From NCBI GenBank assembly GCA_965601925.1, contig OZ271854.1, positions 1,216,001 to 1,280,000 on the forward strand: DNA of 64,000 nucleotides. Direction: 5' to 3'. A program made the translations under genes and the position numbers. This DNA is from Alkalispirochaeta sp. Lineage in GTDB: Bacteria > Spirochaetota > Spirochaetia > DSM-27196 > Alkalispirochaetaceae. The notes under the pieces were generated by a model that was given only the letters and a program-made list of their open reading frames with translations, was not told the origin of the DNA and did no database searches. Of the stretch, positions 9,975 through 18,852 are shown one piece after another (positions within the stretch are counted from its first letter, which is position 1; each line of letters begins with the position of its first letter).

Positions 9975-11039
9975 TCACCCCTCCCAGGGCGCCGCGACGC
10001 CGGGATAGAGCTCCGACCACCGGTCGCGGTAATCGTCTTGCGTCACGAGCACGGTCGGTACAAGCACCTCACCAGCGATCGGGCGTCCGAGAATCGCCTG
10101 CACCAACACGTTAATCCCGGCGCGGCCCTGCGCTTTTGCCTGCTGTCCGCTCAGGCTCACAAGGTGAGGACTGCCGTCGTCAAGCGCTTGGAACCCGGCC
10201 CGTTCGGCGTCGTATCCGGCGAGCATAATATCGCGTCCCGACGCTTCGATGGCGGCTAAAGCGCCGTTGACGGCCAAGCTCCAGGTGGCGAAAATCGCGG
10301 TCAAATCGGGGTTGGCGGTGATCATGTTCTCGGCGGCGGCCAACGCCTCGTCCTGGGTCCATACCGCCTGCATGGAGACGAGCTGCATATTACTCTGACC
10401 GATCGCGTCCAACGTACCGGTCTCGCGGTCGCGGATCGTCTTGAGGGCGAGGGGAATCGACAAGACGCCGATCTGACCTTCCCCTCCGACCGACTCGACG
10501 AGGTGGGCGGCCGACGCGTACGATCCTTGGTAGCTCGTCGAATTGAGCACCGTTACCACCTCGCCGCGCGACGGTGGACCGCCGACGATGACGACCGGAA
10601 TCTCGGCCGCGTTGGCCTCCAATATCGCCGATGAGATCGCCGCGCTATCGACGGCGACGGTGAATATCCCGTTCACCTCCTGCTGCACGAGATCCTCGAT
10701 CTGACCGAGCTGACGATTGGCGTCGAACCCCGCCTCGCTCACCAGTAGCTCGATCCCGTACTCAGCGGCGGCCTCCTCGGCGCCTTCGATCAAGAGGTTA
10801 ATGAAGTCGTCGGTACGGTGGTTGGTGTTCATACCGAAGGTGAGTCCCATGCCGGAGATTTCACTCACCTCGTCGGCGGTCAGTTGGAACTCCTCAGCGA
10901 GCGCAACGCCGAGCGCCTCCTCAGAAGCCTCGGTGTCCGACGGCGTCGCGGTTTGCGGGGCCTCCTCGGGGGCACATCCGGTCAGCACGAAAAGCAAAAC
11001 GACGATTCCCGCCCCCAATGGCAGCAACCATTTTCTCAT
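9975..11039 (-). CDS. Sugar ABC substrate-binding lipoprotein (RbsB-like)
   Basis: Lipobox-like LTGC after MRKWLLPLGAGIVVLLFV; periplasmic-binding fold motifs; SD GAGGAGG before ATG 11039. Confidence 0.9.
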   Translation of the reverse strand: MRKWLLPLGAGIVVLLFVLTGCAPEEAPQTATPSDTEASEEALGVALAEEFQLTADEVSEISGMGLTFGMNTNHRTDDFINLLIEGAEEAAAEYGIELLVSEAGFDANRQLGQIEDLVQQEVNGIFTVAVDSAAISSAILEANAAEIPVVIVGGPPSRGEVVTVLNSTSYQGSYASAAHLVESVGGEGQIGVLSIPLALKTIRDRETGTLDAIGQSNMQLVSMQAVWTQDEALAAAENMITANPDLTAIFATWSLAVNGALAAIEASGRDIMLAGYDAERAGFQALDDGSPHLVSLSGQQAKAQGRAGINVLVQAILGRPIAGEVLVPTVLVTQDDYRDRWSELYPGVAAPWEG

Positions 11040-13555
11040 ACGTTCCTCCTCTGTTCGGGCGCCTCGGGCGTCCGAGTTTGGATCAGATTGAAGGGAGCCT
11101 CCTCCGTGGGGAGCTCCTGCACGAACGGTTCCCAAGTCTCTCCGTCGGCATCGCGAACCAGCCATCGCACCCGCTCTATCTCCGACGGCCCGCTACCGGC
11201 GCACCTCACTGCGACTCCGTCGTCGGTCACCTCGGCGGCCAGCTCGACCTCGACGCCGTTGCGATCACAGAAGGTAAAGGAGGCGCGCTCGACAAGGTTG
11301 AGAAGCACCTCGATCTCGCTCCACCGCCGTTCGCCGGTGTGTTGCGCCAAGGGCACGAGGGGAAGCAAGGAGTCCGGACGGAGATACAGCGGCATCTCCG
11401 ACAGCTCGGCGGTCGCAGTATGCCATCCCGTATCGGGGGTCGGGGCCGCCTTGCCGAATCGGTCGCCGTCGAGGGGCGCCCAGCCGCTGCCGGGCAGATA
11501 GACGCGGCGTGTCGTACCCTCATCGAGGATCGGTGCCACAAGCAACGATCGCCCCAACAGGAACTGATCGTCGATCGTCGCGACCGTCGGATCGGCAAAA
11601 AAATCGAAGACCATCGCTCGGTGCACCGGTTCGCTCAACCGCACGGCGCGGCGCGCCTCGCTCCAGATGTATCCGATCAACCGGTAGCGCACCTCGATCC
11701 AACGTCGGACGATCGCCTCGACCTCCTCCCCGAAGGCCCACGGCTCGCGTTCAATCGGTCCGTGAGCGCGCGGATGCGTCACCATGAGTCCCGCCTCGGC
11801 CCATCGCACATACATCGCCGGCGTCGGCGTCCCCCCGAAGGCACCGATGTCGACGCTCCAAAAGGGCACGCCCGAGAGACCGAGGCCCAGACCGCCGTGC
11901 CACAGGTTGGCGAGATCCTCCCACAGCGCGGCCGGATCTCCGCCCCACACGACCGGATAGCGTTGAGAACCGGCCCACGCCGAGCGACCCCATACCAAGG
12001 TGTCCTCATTCAGAGACTGAAGATGGGGATAGATCGCGCGGTTGTAGAGGAGCGGATAGAGATTGTGCATCTCCCGCCCGGGCCCTCCGTGATAGACGCC
12101 GTCGATCGGTGCACCCTCGCCGAAGTCGGTCTTAATCGCCGCGACGCCGTCGTCGATCAGCGCCGCGATGTGGTGACGATACCACTCAACCGCCTCGGGG
12201 TTGGAAAAATCGATCACCGCCGCGGTGCCGAAGAACCCTTCGAGCATCGCCGGATCCCCCGACTCGGTACGGACGAAGAAGCCCTTCTCACGCCCCTCGG
12301 CGAAAAGGGCGCTCGCCTCGGCGATGTACGGAATCTGCCACAAACTGAGTCGAAACCCCGCGTCGCGCAACCGGCGGATCATCCCGCGATGGTCGGGAAA
12401 GCGCTCCGGTGAGAAGGTGAGATCGTTGGCCCACGGCACCGCAAACCAGTCGGTATCGACATGGATCACGTCACAGGGGATCCGACGGGCGCGAAGCTCT
12501 CGCGCCACCGCCTCGACCTCGTCCTGACGCTTGTAGCTCATGCGGCTCATCCACAGCCCGAAGCTCCACAGGGGCGGAAGCGCCGGAGAACCGGTGAGTC
12601 GCGTGTAGCGCGCGACCGCGGCGCCGAGGGGAGAGCCGCCGTCCCCGCCGGCCGTGCTCAAGAGAAACAACTCCAAGCGATCGCTTCCGACGAGGAGCGA
12701 TTGGCGCGTGTGCGAACGATCTCCGAGGTGATAGACGATCGGTGCGGAGGTATGGACGAAGAGCCCGTATCCCCGCGAACTCAGCGAGAAAGGTATGTTT
12801 TTATAGCTGTCGGTCCACGTGTTGCCCGCGGCGTTCGCCATAAAAAGCTCCACGCGCTGTCCACGTTTGTCGAGATCCGAGTACTTCTCGCCGAGCCCGT
12901 AGATGTGCTCGTCGTGAAAGAGCCTGGAGGTCAGGCTCGTCGCCAAAATCTCACCGTCGGGGCTCTCGATGTGTCCCAAAGGATGGAGACCGCGAAAGAA
13001 CCACGGCCATCCGTCGGCGAGATCGCCTCCGTCGATCGATTGCGAGCCGGTCGGGGGATGTTGAAACAGTACGCCGGGAATGGACTGGTACAGAAGGGTG
13101 CCGGCGCGGTCGAAGATGCGAAAAAAGAACGGATCGTCAATGAGCTCGACGCGAAACAGGCCGGCCTCGATGCACCATACCCGCTCCGCGTTCGCCGCTC
13201 CGATGTACCCGGCCCCGTTTCGCGGTCCCTCGAGCGAGACGGGGATCGTCGCGGGGGCCTCCTCCACCATTGCGCTGCCGTCGTCGAACAGCGTGCCGGT
13301 TCGACCGTAGCGCAGACGAAGCGTCCCCTTCTCGTGGAGGGAGAGCGTGAGAAGGGCCGGTCTGCCGACGGCGCCTTCCACCGCGATTTCCAAGGGAGTG
13401 CCGTAGCGCTCTCGCATCGAACGCTCGAGAACGACCGTCTCGAGTTGGACGCGAACGGATCGGCCGTCGAATGAGACATCATCGACACGTCGCGGTACGA
13501 CAAGACGATTGCGATGATCGTCGACGAGCCGATCGAGGCCGCTCCGATCAATCAC
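11036..13555 (-). CDS. GH31 glycoside hydrolase, YicI-like alpha-xylosidase type
   Basis: YGLGEKY, SYKNIPF, PLWSFGLWMS, nucleophile KTDFGE, acid/base WGGD and WSVDIGAF motifs. Confidence 0.9.
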   Translation of the reverse strand: MIDRSGLDRLVDDHRNRLVVPRRVDDVSFDGRSVRVQLETVVLERSMRERYGTPLEIAVEGAVGRPALLTLSLHEKGTLRLRYGRTGTLFDDGSAMVEEAPATIPVSLEGPRNGAGYIGAANAERVWCIEAGLFRVELIDDPFFFRIFDRAGTLLYQSIPGVLFQHPPTGSQSIDGGDLADGWPWFFRGLHPLGHIESPDGEILATSLTSRLFHDEHIYGLGEKYSDLDKRGQRVELFMANAAGNTWTDSYKNIPFSLSSRGYGLFVHTSAPIVYHLGDRSHTRQSLLVGSDRLELFLLSTAGGDGGSPLGAAVARYTRLTGSPALPPLWSFGLWMSRMSYKRQDEVEAVARELRARRIPCDVIHVDTDWFAVPWANDLTFSPERFPDHRGMIRRLRDAGFRLSLWQIPYIAEASALFAEGREKGFFVRTESGDPAMLEGFFGTAAVIDFSNPEAVEWYRHHIAALIDDGVAAIKTDFGEGAPIDGVYHGGPGREMHNLYPLLYNRAIYPHLQSLNEDTLVWGRSAWAGSQRYPVVWGGDPAALWEDLANLWHGGLGLGLSGVPFWSVDIGAFGGTPTPAMYVRWAEAGLMVTHPRAHGPIEREPWAFGEEVEAIVRRWIEVRYRLIGYIWSEARRAVRLSEPVHRAMVFDFFADPTVATIDDQFLLGRSLLVAPILDEGTTRRVYLPGSGWAPLDGDRFGKAAPTPDTGWHTATAELSEMPLYLRPDSLLPLVPLAQHTGERRWSEIEVLLNLVERASFTFCDRNGVEVELAAEVTDDGVAVRCAGSGPSEIERVRWLVRDADGETWEPFVQELPTEEAPFNLIQTRTPEAPEQRRNV

Positions 13556-14564
13556 TGGTCGTCCCCCTCAGAACGAGCTTGGGATCGAAGAGAACGTGAC
13601 GCGGCGTGCGCCCGTCGCCCCCCGCGATACGATCGATCAACATACGCGCGGCCTCGTACCCCATCTCCTCGGAGGGAAAATGAACGGAAGTCAACGGCGG
13701 CGTGGTCATCTCCGCAACACTTTTCGTCGCGATCGATATCACATTGACGTCCTGCGGGACGCGACGCCCCAGCGACTCAAGGGTACGTATGATGCCCACG
13801 GTGCTTCTCCCGTGTGTCGCGACGATCGCATCCAGATCGGGGAGCTCGTCGACAAGAGATCGCGTAGCCGCCGCGGTCTGCGTCGAGTCGAGCTCCGTCT
13901 CGCGCAACGCGGTGTTGAAAAAGAACGCCGCTCGGGAGCGTTTGTAGCCCTCCAAAAGGCGCATGGCCGATCCGAGTTGTCGCTCGCGCATCTCGGCCGG
14001 ACGGGTAATGAACCCGATGGTGGACCGCCCGCGACGCACTAAGTAACGAAAACTCTGAAAGACGGCCTCTTCGAAATTAAAGTCTGTGTAGGACAACCCC
14101 TCCACATTCGCAGGACGACCGATGAGCACGAACTCGAGGTGATGCTCACGCAGGACGCGAATACGCGGATCGTCCATCGTTACTTGCATGAGAATAGCGC
14201 CGTCGATCTGTGCGCCATGGTACAAGCGCAAGAGATCTTCCTCGTCGGTATCGACGTGCACGAAGTTGAAGTAGAAACCTCGCTCCGAGGCGGCCCGCGC
14301 TGCACCGACGACAAAGCGAAGATCGAGCTGCGTGGACTCCTCGTGGCCAAGGGGAAAGAGAAGCGCGATCGTTCGGCTCCGCCCCGCCGCGAGACGCTGC
14401 GCCTGAATATGCGGGGTATACCCGAGACGCTTGACCACCTCCAGCACCCGCTCGCGCGTCGATGCCGAGACGTCCGGCTTGTCGTTCAATATGCGTGATA
14501 CGGTAGCAGTTGAGCAGCCCGCTTCGCGCGCTACGTCGTTGATTGTGACAACCCGTTTCATCAA
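13548..14564 (-). CDS. LacI-family transcriptional regulator
   Basis: HTH VTINDVAREAGCSTATVSRILN; C-terminal PPLTSV. Confidence 0.95.
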   Translation of the reverse strand: MMKRVVTINDVAREAGCSTATVSRILNDKPDVSASTRERVLEVVKRLGYTPHIQAQRLAAGRSRTIALLFPLGHEESTQLDLRFVVGAARAASERGFYFNFVHVDTDEEDLLRLYHGAQIDGAILMQVTMDDPRIRVLREHHLEFVLIGRPANVEGLSYTDFNFEEAVFQSFRYLVRRGRSTIGFITRPAEMRERQLGSAMRLLEGYKRSRAAFFFNTALRETELDSTQTAAATRSLVDELPDLDAIVATHGRSTVGIIRTLESLGRRVPQDVNVISIATKSVAEMTTPPLTSVHFPSEEMGYEAARMLIDRIAGGDGRTPRHVLFDPKLVLRGTTSD

Positions 14565-14599
14565 AACCCTCTTCCCAGCGTGACGTTCAAACCGGCGCC

Positions 14600-14624
14600 G
14601 TAAGCGTTACCGTAAGCGCTTACA
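14600..14624. promoter_or_regulatory. Tandem LacI-type operators
   Basis: GTAAGCGTTAC (14600-14610) adjacent to the perfect palindrome GTAAGCGCTTAC (14612-14623), between the lacI-family gene and the divergent oxidase; central CG core typical of LacI sites. Confidence 0.75.
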
Positions 14625-14676
14625 TTTCTCCCAAAGTACCCTTGAATCTTTCTGCCGTCAACCGAATATTGTAACT

Positions 14677-15747
14677 ATGAGAAACGTAGCCTCCTTTGAA
14701 GGGCCCGCTCGGGAACACATGTCGCCCATGGCGTGGGATTACTACGACTCGGGTTCGATGGATGAAATCACGCTCCGCGCTAATCGACAGGCGTGGGACG
14801 ATATCAGATTGCGCCCCCGGGTACTCCGCGACGTAGGTCGTCGCTCGGGCGAAACGACGGTGCTGGGGAGGCGTTGGAAGAGCCCCATCATGGTCGCCCC
14901 GATGGCTTTCCAGAAACTGGCGCATCCCGACGGCGAGGAAGCGACGGCCCGAGCGGTGTACGAGGCCGGAGTGGGACTGGCTCTGAGTACACTCTCGACG
15001 GTAGCCTTGGAGAAAGTAGCGGCGGCGGCGGGAGACGTACCGAAGTGGTTTCAGCTCTACGTACACCGCGACCGCGGTCTCACGAAGGAACTGGTGGAGC
15101 GCGCGGCGGCGGCGGGGTACGAGGCGCTGTGCGTGACCGTCGACGCGCCCCTTCTCGGGAGGCGAGAACGGGACGAGGCGAACGCCTTTCGCCTTCCCGA
15201 CGGTATCGAGCTCGAAAATCTCAGAGGTTTGGGCGCGACAACGACCGTCGAGTCCGACGCATCGTCGGGCCTATTCGCCTATTTTCTCGGTCAGATCGAC
15301 GCGACGCTCCACTGGGACGATATCGATCGACTCGCCTCAATATCGCCGATACCTGTCGTCCTCAAAGGCGTCCTCCACCCGAAAGACGTCGCGATCGCGG
15401 CGGAACACGGTGTGTCGGCCGTCGTCGTCTCAAACCACGGCGGTCGGCAATTTGATACGGCGGTCGATACCGCAACCGCCTTGAGAGAGATCGCCGAGGT
15501 CCACGCCGGTACGATCGAACTGCTGGTCGACGGCGGCATACGTCGCGGAAGCGACATACTCAAGGCGATCGCCTTAGGAGCCGACGGGGTGCTCGTCGGG
15601 CGACCGATCTTGTGGGGCCTCGCCGTAGACGGTGCAAAAGGTGTCGAGCGGGTACTGCGGATTCTCATCGATGAGTTGGATCTGTCGATGGCGCTCTGCG
15701 GAGCGGCGTCGATCGAGGAGATCGGTCGCGCCGAGCTCCTGTCGTAG
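14677..15747 (+). CDS. FMN-dependent alpha-hydroxy-acid oxidase/dehydrogenase (lactate/glycolate oxidase family)
   Basis: WFQLY, TVDAPLLGRRERD, VSNHGGRQ and DGGIRRGSDILKAIALGA motifs. Confidence 0.95.
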   Translation: MRNVASFEGPAREHMSPMAWDYYDSGSMDEITLRANRQAWDDIRLRPRVLRDVGRRSGETTVLGRRWKSPIMVAPMAFQKLAHPDGEEATARAVYEAGVGLALSTLSTVALEKVAAAAGDVPKWFQLYVHRDRGLTKELVERAAAAGYEALCVTVDAPLLGRRERDEANAFRLPDGIELENLRGLGATTTVESDASSGLFAYFLGQIDATLHWDDIDRLASISPIPVVLKGVLHPKDVAIAAEHGVSAVVVSNHGGRQFDTAVDTATALREIAEVHAGTIELLVDGGIRRGSDILKAIALGADGVLVGRPILWGLAVDGAKGVERVLRILIDELDLSMALCGAASIEEIGRAELLS

Positions 15748-15837
15748 GACGGCATTCCGGTGCGGGGGACGGGAAGGCCGGACGTGTGCTACCGTATATG
15801 AGCATCGACTATCTCCGGTATCACCGTCGGGTTCCCT

Positions 15838-17211
15838 CTATGGCAGTCGCAGTCTCTCCAACACGGCCGGCGTCATCCAAGAGGAGGTCTGTTGAGCGAT
15901 GGACCACGCGGTTCGTCCGGATTCATCTTTCATAGCGATATCCGCTCCCGCAGCGAGGAGAGCTTCGACGACTTCATCCCTCGTACTACCCGCTACCGCA
16001 GCCATGAGGGGTGTTATTCCGCGACCATCACGGACGTTAACGTCCGCTCCCGCGGCAAGGAGCACTTCGATGGTGGGAAGATAGCCGCCGTTTTCCGCAG
16101 CGACAAGCAACGCGGTCCGCAACTCGGCATCCCGCATTTCGAGTTCGGCGCCCGCTTCAATCAAGGACCGAACTTTGTCTCGGTTGTTGCTTCCGGCCGC
16201 ATAGATCAGGGCGGTCTTTCCCTCCATGTCCTGGGCATTCACGTCGGCTCCTGCTGAGATGAGCTCATCGATGATGTGGTGATTCGCGTTCGCCAAAGCC
16301 GCGACCATGAGGGCCGTCATGCCGGAGTCGTCCCGGGCATTCACATCGACTCCGGCGGCGATCAGAGCCGCGCTTACACTTAGTTCCTCGTTCCACCCCG
16401 CCTCGATCAACGCCGTCTCCCCATGCTCGTTCCGGGCGTGCACATCCGCACCCGCGGAGAGGAGCGTCTCGACGATTCCCGGGGTGGTGTTGGATCGGGC
16501 GGCCCGCAGCAGCGCGCTACCCCGACTGTTACTTCGCGCGTTCACATCGGCGCCGGCGGAAAGAAGCTCATCGATGACGTGGTGATTCGCGTTCGCTAAG
16601 GCCGCGATCATCAGAGCCGTAACGCCGGAGTCGTCCCGGGCATTCACATCGGCTCCCGCGGCGAGGAGCGCCGCACTTACACTCGGCTCCTCGTTCCATC
16701 CGGCCTCGATCAACGCGGTCTCTCCCTCCTCATTCCTCGCGTGCACGTCCGCACCCGCCGAAAGCAATGTCTCCACGACTCTCGGCGTGGTACTGTATCC
16801 GGCCGCCAACAACAGAGGACTGTTCCCACCGTCATTTTGCGCGTTCACGTCGGCTCCCGCCCCGATGAGCACGTCAATGACTTCTACGGGCGCATTCGAC
16901 ACGATCGCCCACATTAACGGCGTTTCGCCAAGGTCATCTCGTCCATTCACATCGGCTCCGGTGTCGATGAGCGCCGCGGCCGCGGTCGGGTTGCCGTGAT
17001 GCCGCACGAGCAAAGCAAGGGCCGTGGCACCGGACTCGAAGCGTCGATTCACATCGTCGCCGCGTTCCACGATCCGCTGCACGTCTCGGGCTGTCAGTGA
17101 TTGCCAAACTTTCAACTCATCACCATCGGGCCACTGTGTCGGTCCGCATCCCGCTATGAGAGTACACGCCATCATTATCGAGACGACTCGTCGGTGCATC
17201 GCCACCTCCAT
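15838..17211 (-). CDS. Ankyrin-repeat lipoprotein
   Basis: About 11 repeats of GxTALxxAA...LLxAGADVNA; signal peptide ending LIAGC. Probable start is ATG 17199 after GGAGG. Confidence 0.92.
   Translation of the reverse strand: MEVAMHRRVVSIMMACTLIAGCGPTQWPDGDELKVWQSLTARDVQRIVERGDDVNRRFESGATALALLVRHHGNPTAAAALIDTGADVNGRDDLGETPLMWAIVSNAPVEVIDVLIGAGADVNAQNDGGNSPLLLAAGYSTTPRVVETLLSAGADVHARNEEGETALIEAGWNEEPSVSAALLAAGADVNARDDSGVTALMIAALANANHHVIDELLSAGADVNARSNSRGSALLRAARSNTTPGIVETLLSAGADVHARNEHGETALIEAGWNEELSVSAALIAAGVDVNARDDSGMTALMVAALANANHHIIDELISAGADVNAQDMEGKTALIYAAGSNNRDKVRSLIEAGAELEMRDAELRTALLVAAENGGYLPTIEVLLAAGADVNVRDGRGITPLMAAVAGSTRDEVVEALLAAGADIAMKDESGRTAWSIAQQTSSWMTPAVLERLRLP
16243..16848. 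repeat. Internal 303-bp tandem duplication (three-ankyrin block) in the ankyrin gene
   Basis: The 101-aa unit VNA...GETALIEAGWNEE...ALANANHH...AGAD occurs twice; DNA offset is 303 bp (e.g. GCTCATCGATGA at 16263 and 16566). Confidence 0.85.
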
Positions 17212-17301
17212 TGCAGACTCGAAAGCCGCTCGCCGACAGGACTGCGACGGCGAGAATCATCGAACGTGGACAACTACCTATTCGCATCCTATAGTGAATC
17301 A

Positions 17302-17916
17302 ATGACTAAAGCCACTATGAAGTTCTTGGGCGCCCTTGTCCTCGTTCTTTCGGGGATCCAACTTCAGGCCGACGAACCGCATATCGAAACCCAACTGCAA
17401 TCGATACGTTCCCTGTACCGCGAGGCGACGGAAGCCGGCAGATTCGACGATCTGCGCTACTCGCTCTCTTTGAATACGATGTACCCCGCCACCGGTCTCC
17501 AGACCACGGAAATCACGTTTTGGTACATCAATCGCCAGGACGACGGGGCGAACGATCCGTATGCCATCGAAGCATCGGTGCAATTGGTGGTCGTCGAATA
17601 CAACATTTCGGTACATGTTGAGTACCATATTGAGTATCTATTCGACGAGAGCGGGCACCTCCGCTTCTGTTTTCGGCAAGAGCAGCTGACTCAGGACGGG
17701 GCCCTGCCGTCGGAGCGACGGTATTACTTCTCGGAAGAGGGGAGTTTGATTCGGGCGGCCGGGGATTTTAGCGCTATGGACGGGAACCCAATGGAATCCC
17801 GGCAAGGCAGCTCGATTTCGCCCGAGGTACACGAAGACGCGGACAGCATCCGCCGCACGGCTCGGGTCTATCGCGAGATGTTCGACCGACTTGCCGTTCT
17901 TGCAGAGACGAAATAG
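17302..17916 (+). CDS. Hypothetical exported protein
   Basis: Signal-peptide-like MTKATMKFLGALVLVLSGIQLQA followed by an acidic, aromatic beta-rich body (IEYLFDESGHLRFCF, ERRYYF). No family recognised. Confidence 0.7.
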   Translation: MTKATMKFLGALVLVLSGIQLQADEPHIETQLQSIRSLYREATEAGRFDDLRYSLSLNTMYPATGLQTTEITFWYINRQDDGANDPYAIEASVQLVVVEYNISVHVEYHIEYLFDESGHLRFCFRQEQLTQDGALPSERRYYFSEEGSLIRAAGDFSAMDGNPMESRQGSSISPEVHEDADSIRRTARVYREMFDRLAVLAETK

Positions 17917-17959
17917 TGTGCTGCTCCCGAGACCGACGGGAGTTACGCCGCGTCGGTCC

Positions 17960-18211
17960 CGGAGCGTTACGATCGATCTATCGGTGCTGATTCAGCTCAT
18001 TTTCCCCACTCATGATAGTCATTCACCGGAGTCCGAAACGTCTCACCCCGTATACTCGTGACTTCGAGAACGAAGTACTGACACTCGTGCGTTCCTTGTG
18101 CGACTCCAAACGCTGGTGTGTCGATGTAAGGGTTAGTCGTCCGAGTATGCGACAATCTTCGTCTTCGGGCGCGTCACCTTCTCTTCTCGGATAACGGCTT
18201 CATTCGTCGAT
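17960..18211 (-). pseudogene. Decayed copy of the 23427-23783 PH/GRAM-like gene
   Basis: Aligns by eye to 23409-23772 with a 112-bp internal deletion, two 1-bp indels, an ATG->ACG change and loss of the 5' end. Confidence 0.85.
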
Positions 18212-18222
18212 ATACCGGGCCG

Positions 18223-18852
18223 TCACCCGTTGGCACGGAAAGGGCTCGGAGTCCAGTTGTACGCCGCGAGCCGGAGAGGGGACTCTCCTTCAGGGGTTAA
18301 GAACCCCGTCACGACGGTTAGGCTCGCCGGGGCCACCGGCGATAAACGGTGCGGTGGAGTCTCGAGAAGCCGGCTCACGGCGGCTCGAACGACGCCTCCG
18401 TGGGCGACGACGAGCAGCGTCTCCCCGTAGGCGACGTGCGGTCGGATTGCCGCCTCCACGCGATCGGAGAAGTCCCCCCAACTCTCACCCCCCGGCGGCG
18501 ATGCTTCGCCACGTCTCCACCGGTGGTAGATCGCCCCATGCCTCTCGATCAGCTCGGCTGTGGCCCGGCCGGTCCACTCGCCGACGTCGTTCTCTCGGAG
18601 AGCATCTTCTATCAACGGGGTGGAGTATCCTATCAACGCCGCGGTCTCTCGAGCTCGTTTTAGGGGCGAGCAGAGTACGATTCCGGGAGCGAGGCGCGCT
18701 ACGGTCGTCCGTACGGAGGACGCCTGCTCCCGACCCCGATCGGTCAAGTCTACGTCCCGCTGTCCGGCAAGGCGTCCGGAACGGTTCCACTCGCTCTCGC
18801 CGTGGCGCATGAGGATAATCGTAGACTGCGCCTCCCCTCCTCCGCGTCTCAC
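18223..18852 (-). CDS. Histidine phosphatase (phosphoglycerate-mutase-like) family protein
   Basis: LMRHGESEWN, SPLKRARETA, LRENDVGEWTG, GGES and VAHGGV motifs. Confidence 0.93.
   Translation of the reverse strand: MRRGGGEAQSTIILMRHGESEWNRSGRLAGQRDVDLTDRGREQASSVRTTVARLAPGIVLCSPLKRARETAALIGYSTPLIEDALRENDVGEWTGRATAELIERHGAIYHRWRRGEASPPGGESWGDFSDRVEAAIRPHVAYGETLLVVAHGGVVRAAVSRLLETPPHRLSPVAPASLTVVTGFLTPEGESPLRLAAYNWTPSPFRANG

Noticed and set aside
11018..13474. Long plus-strand ORFs (464 aa, 337 aa) and many similar antisense ORFs throughout the track
   Set aside because: They are shadows of well-supported opposite-strand genes in GC-rich DNA, with no motifs.
11036..13555. GH31 as a sulfoquinovosidase
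   Set aside because: The nucleophile context is KTDFGE (YicI-like) rather than MADFGE, and no sulfoglycolysis genes are nearby.
16243..16848. Periodic repeats as a CRISPR array or mobile repeat
   Set aside because: They are in-frame ankyrin coding repeats; no spacers or cas genes.
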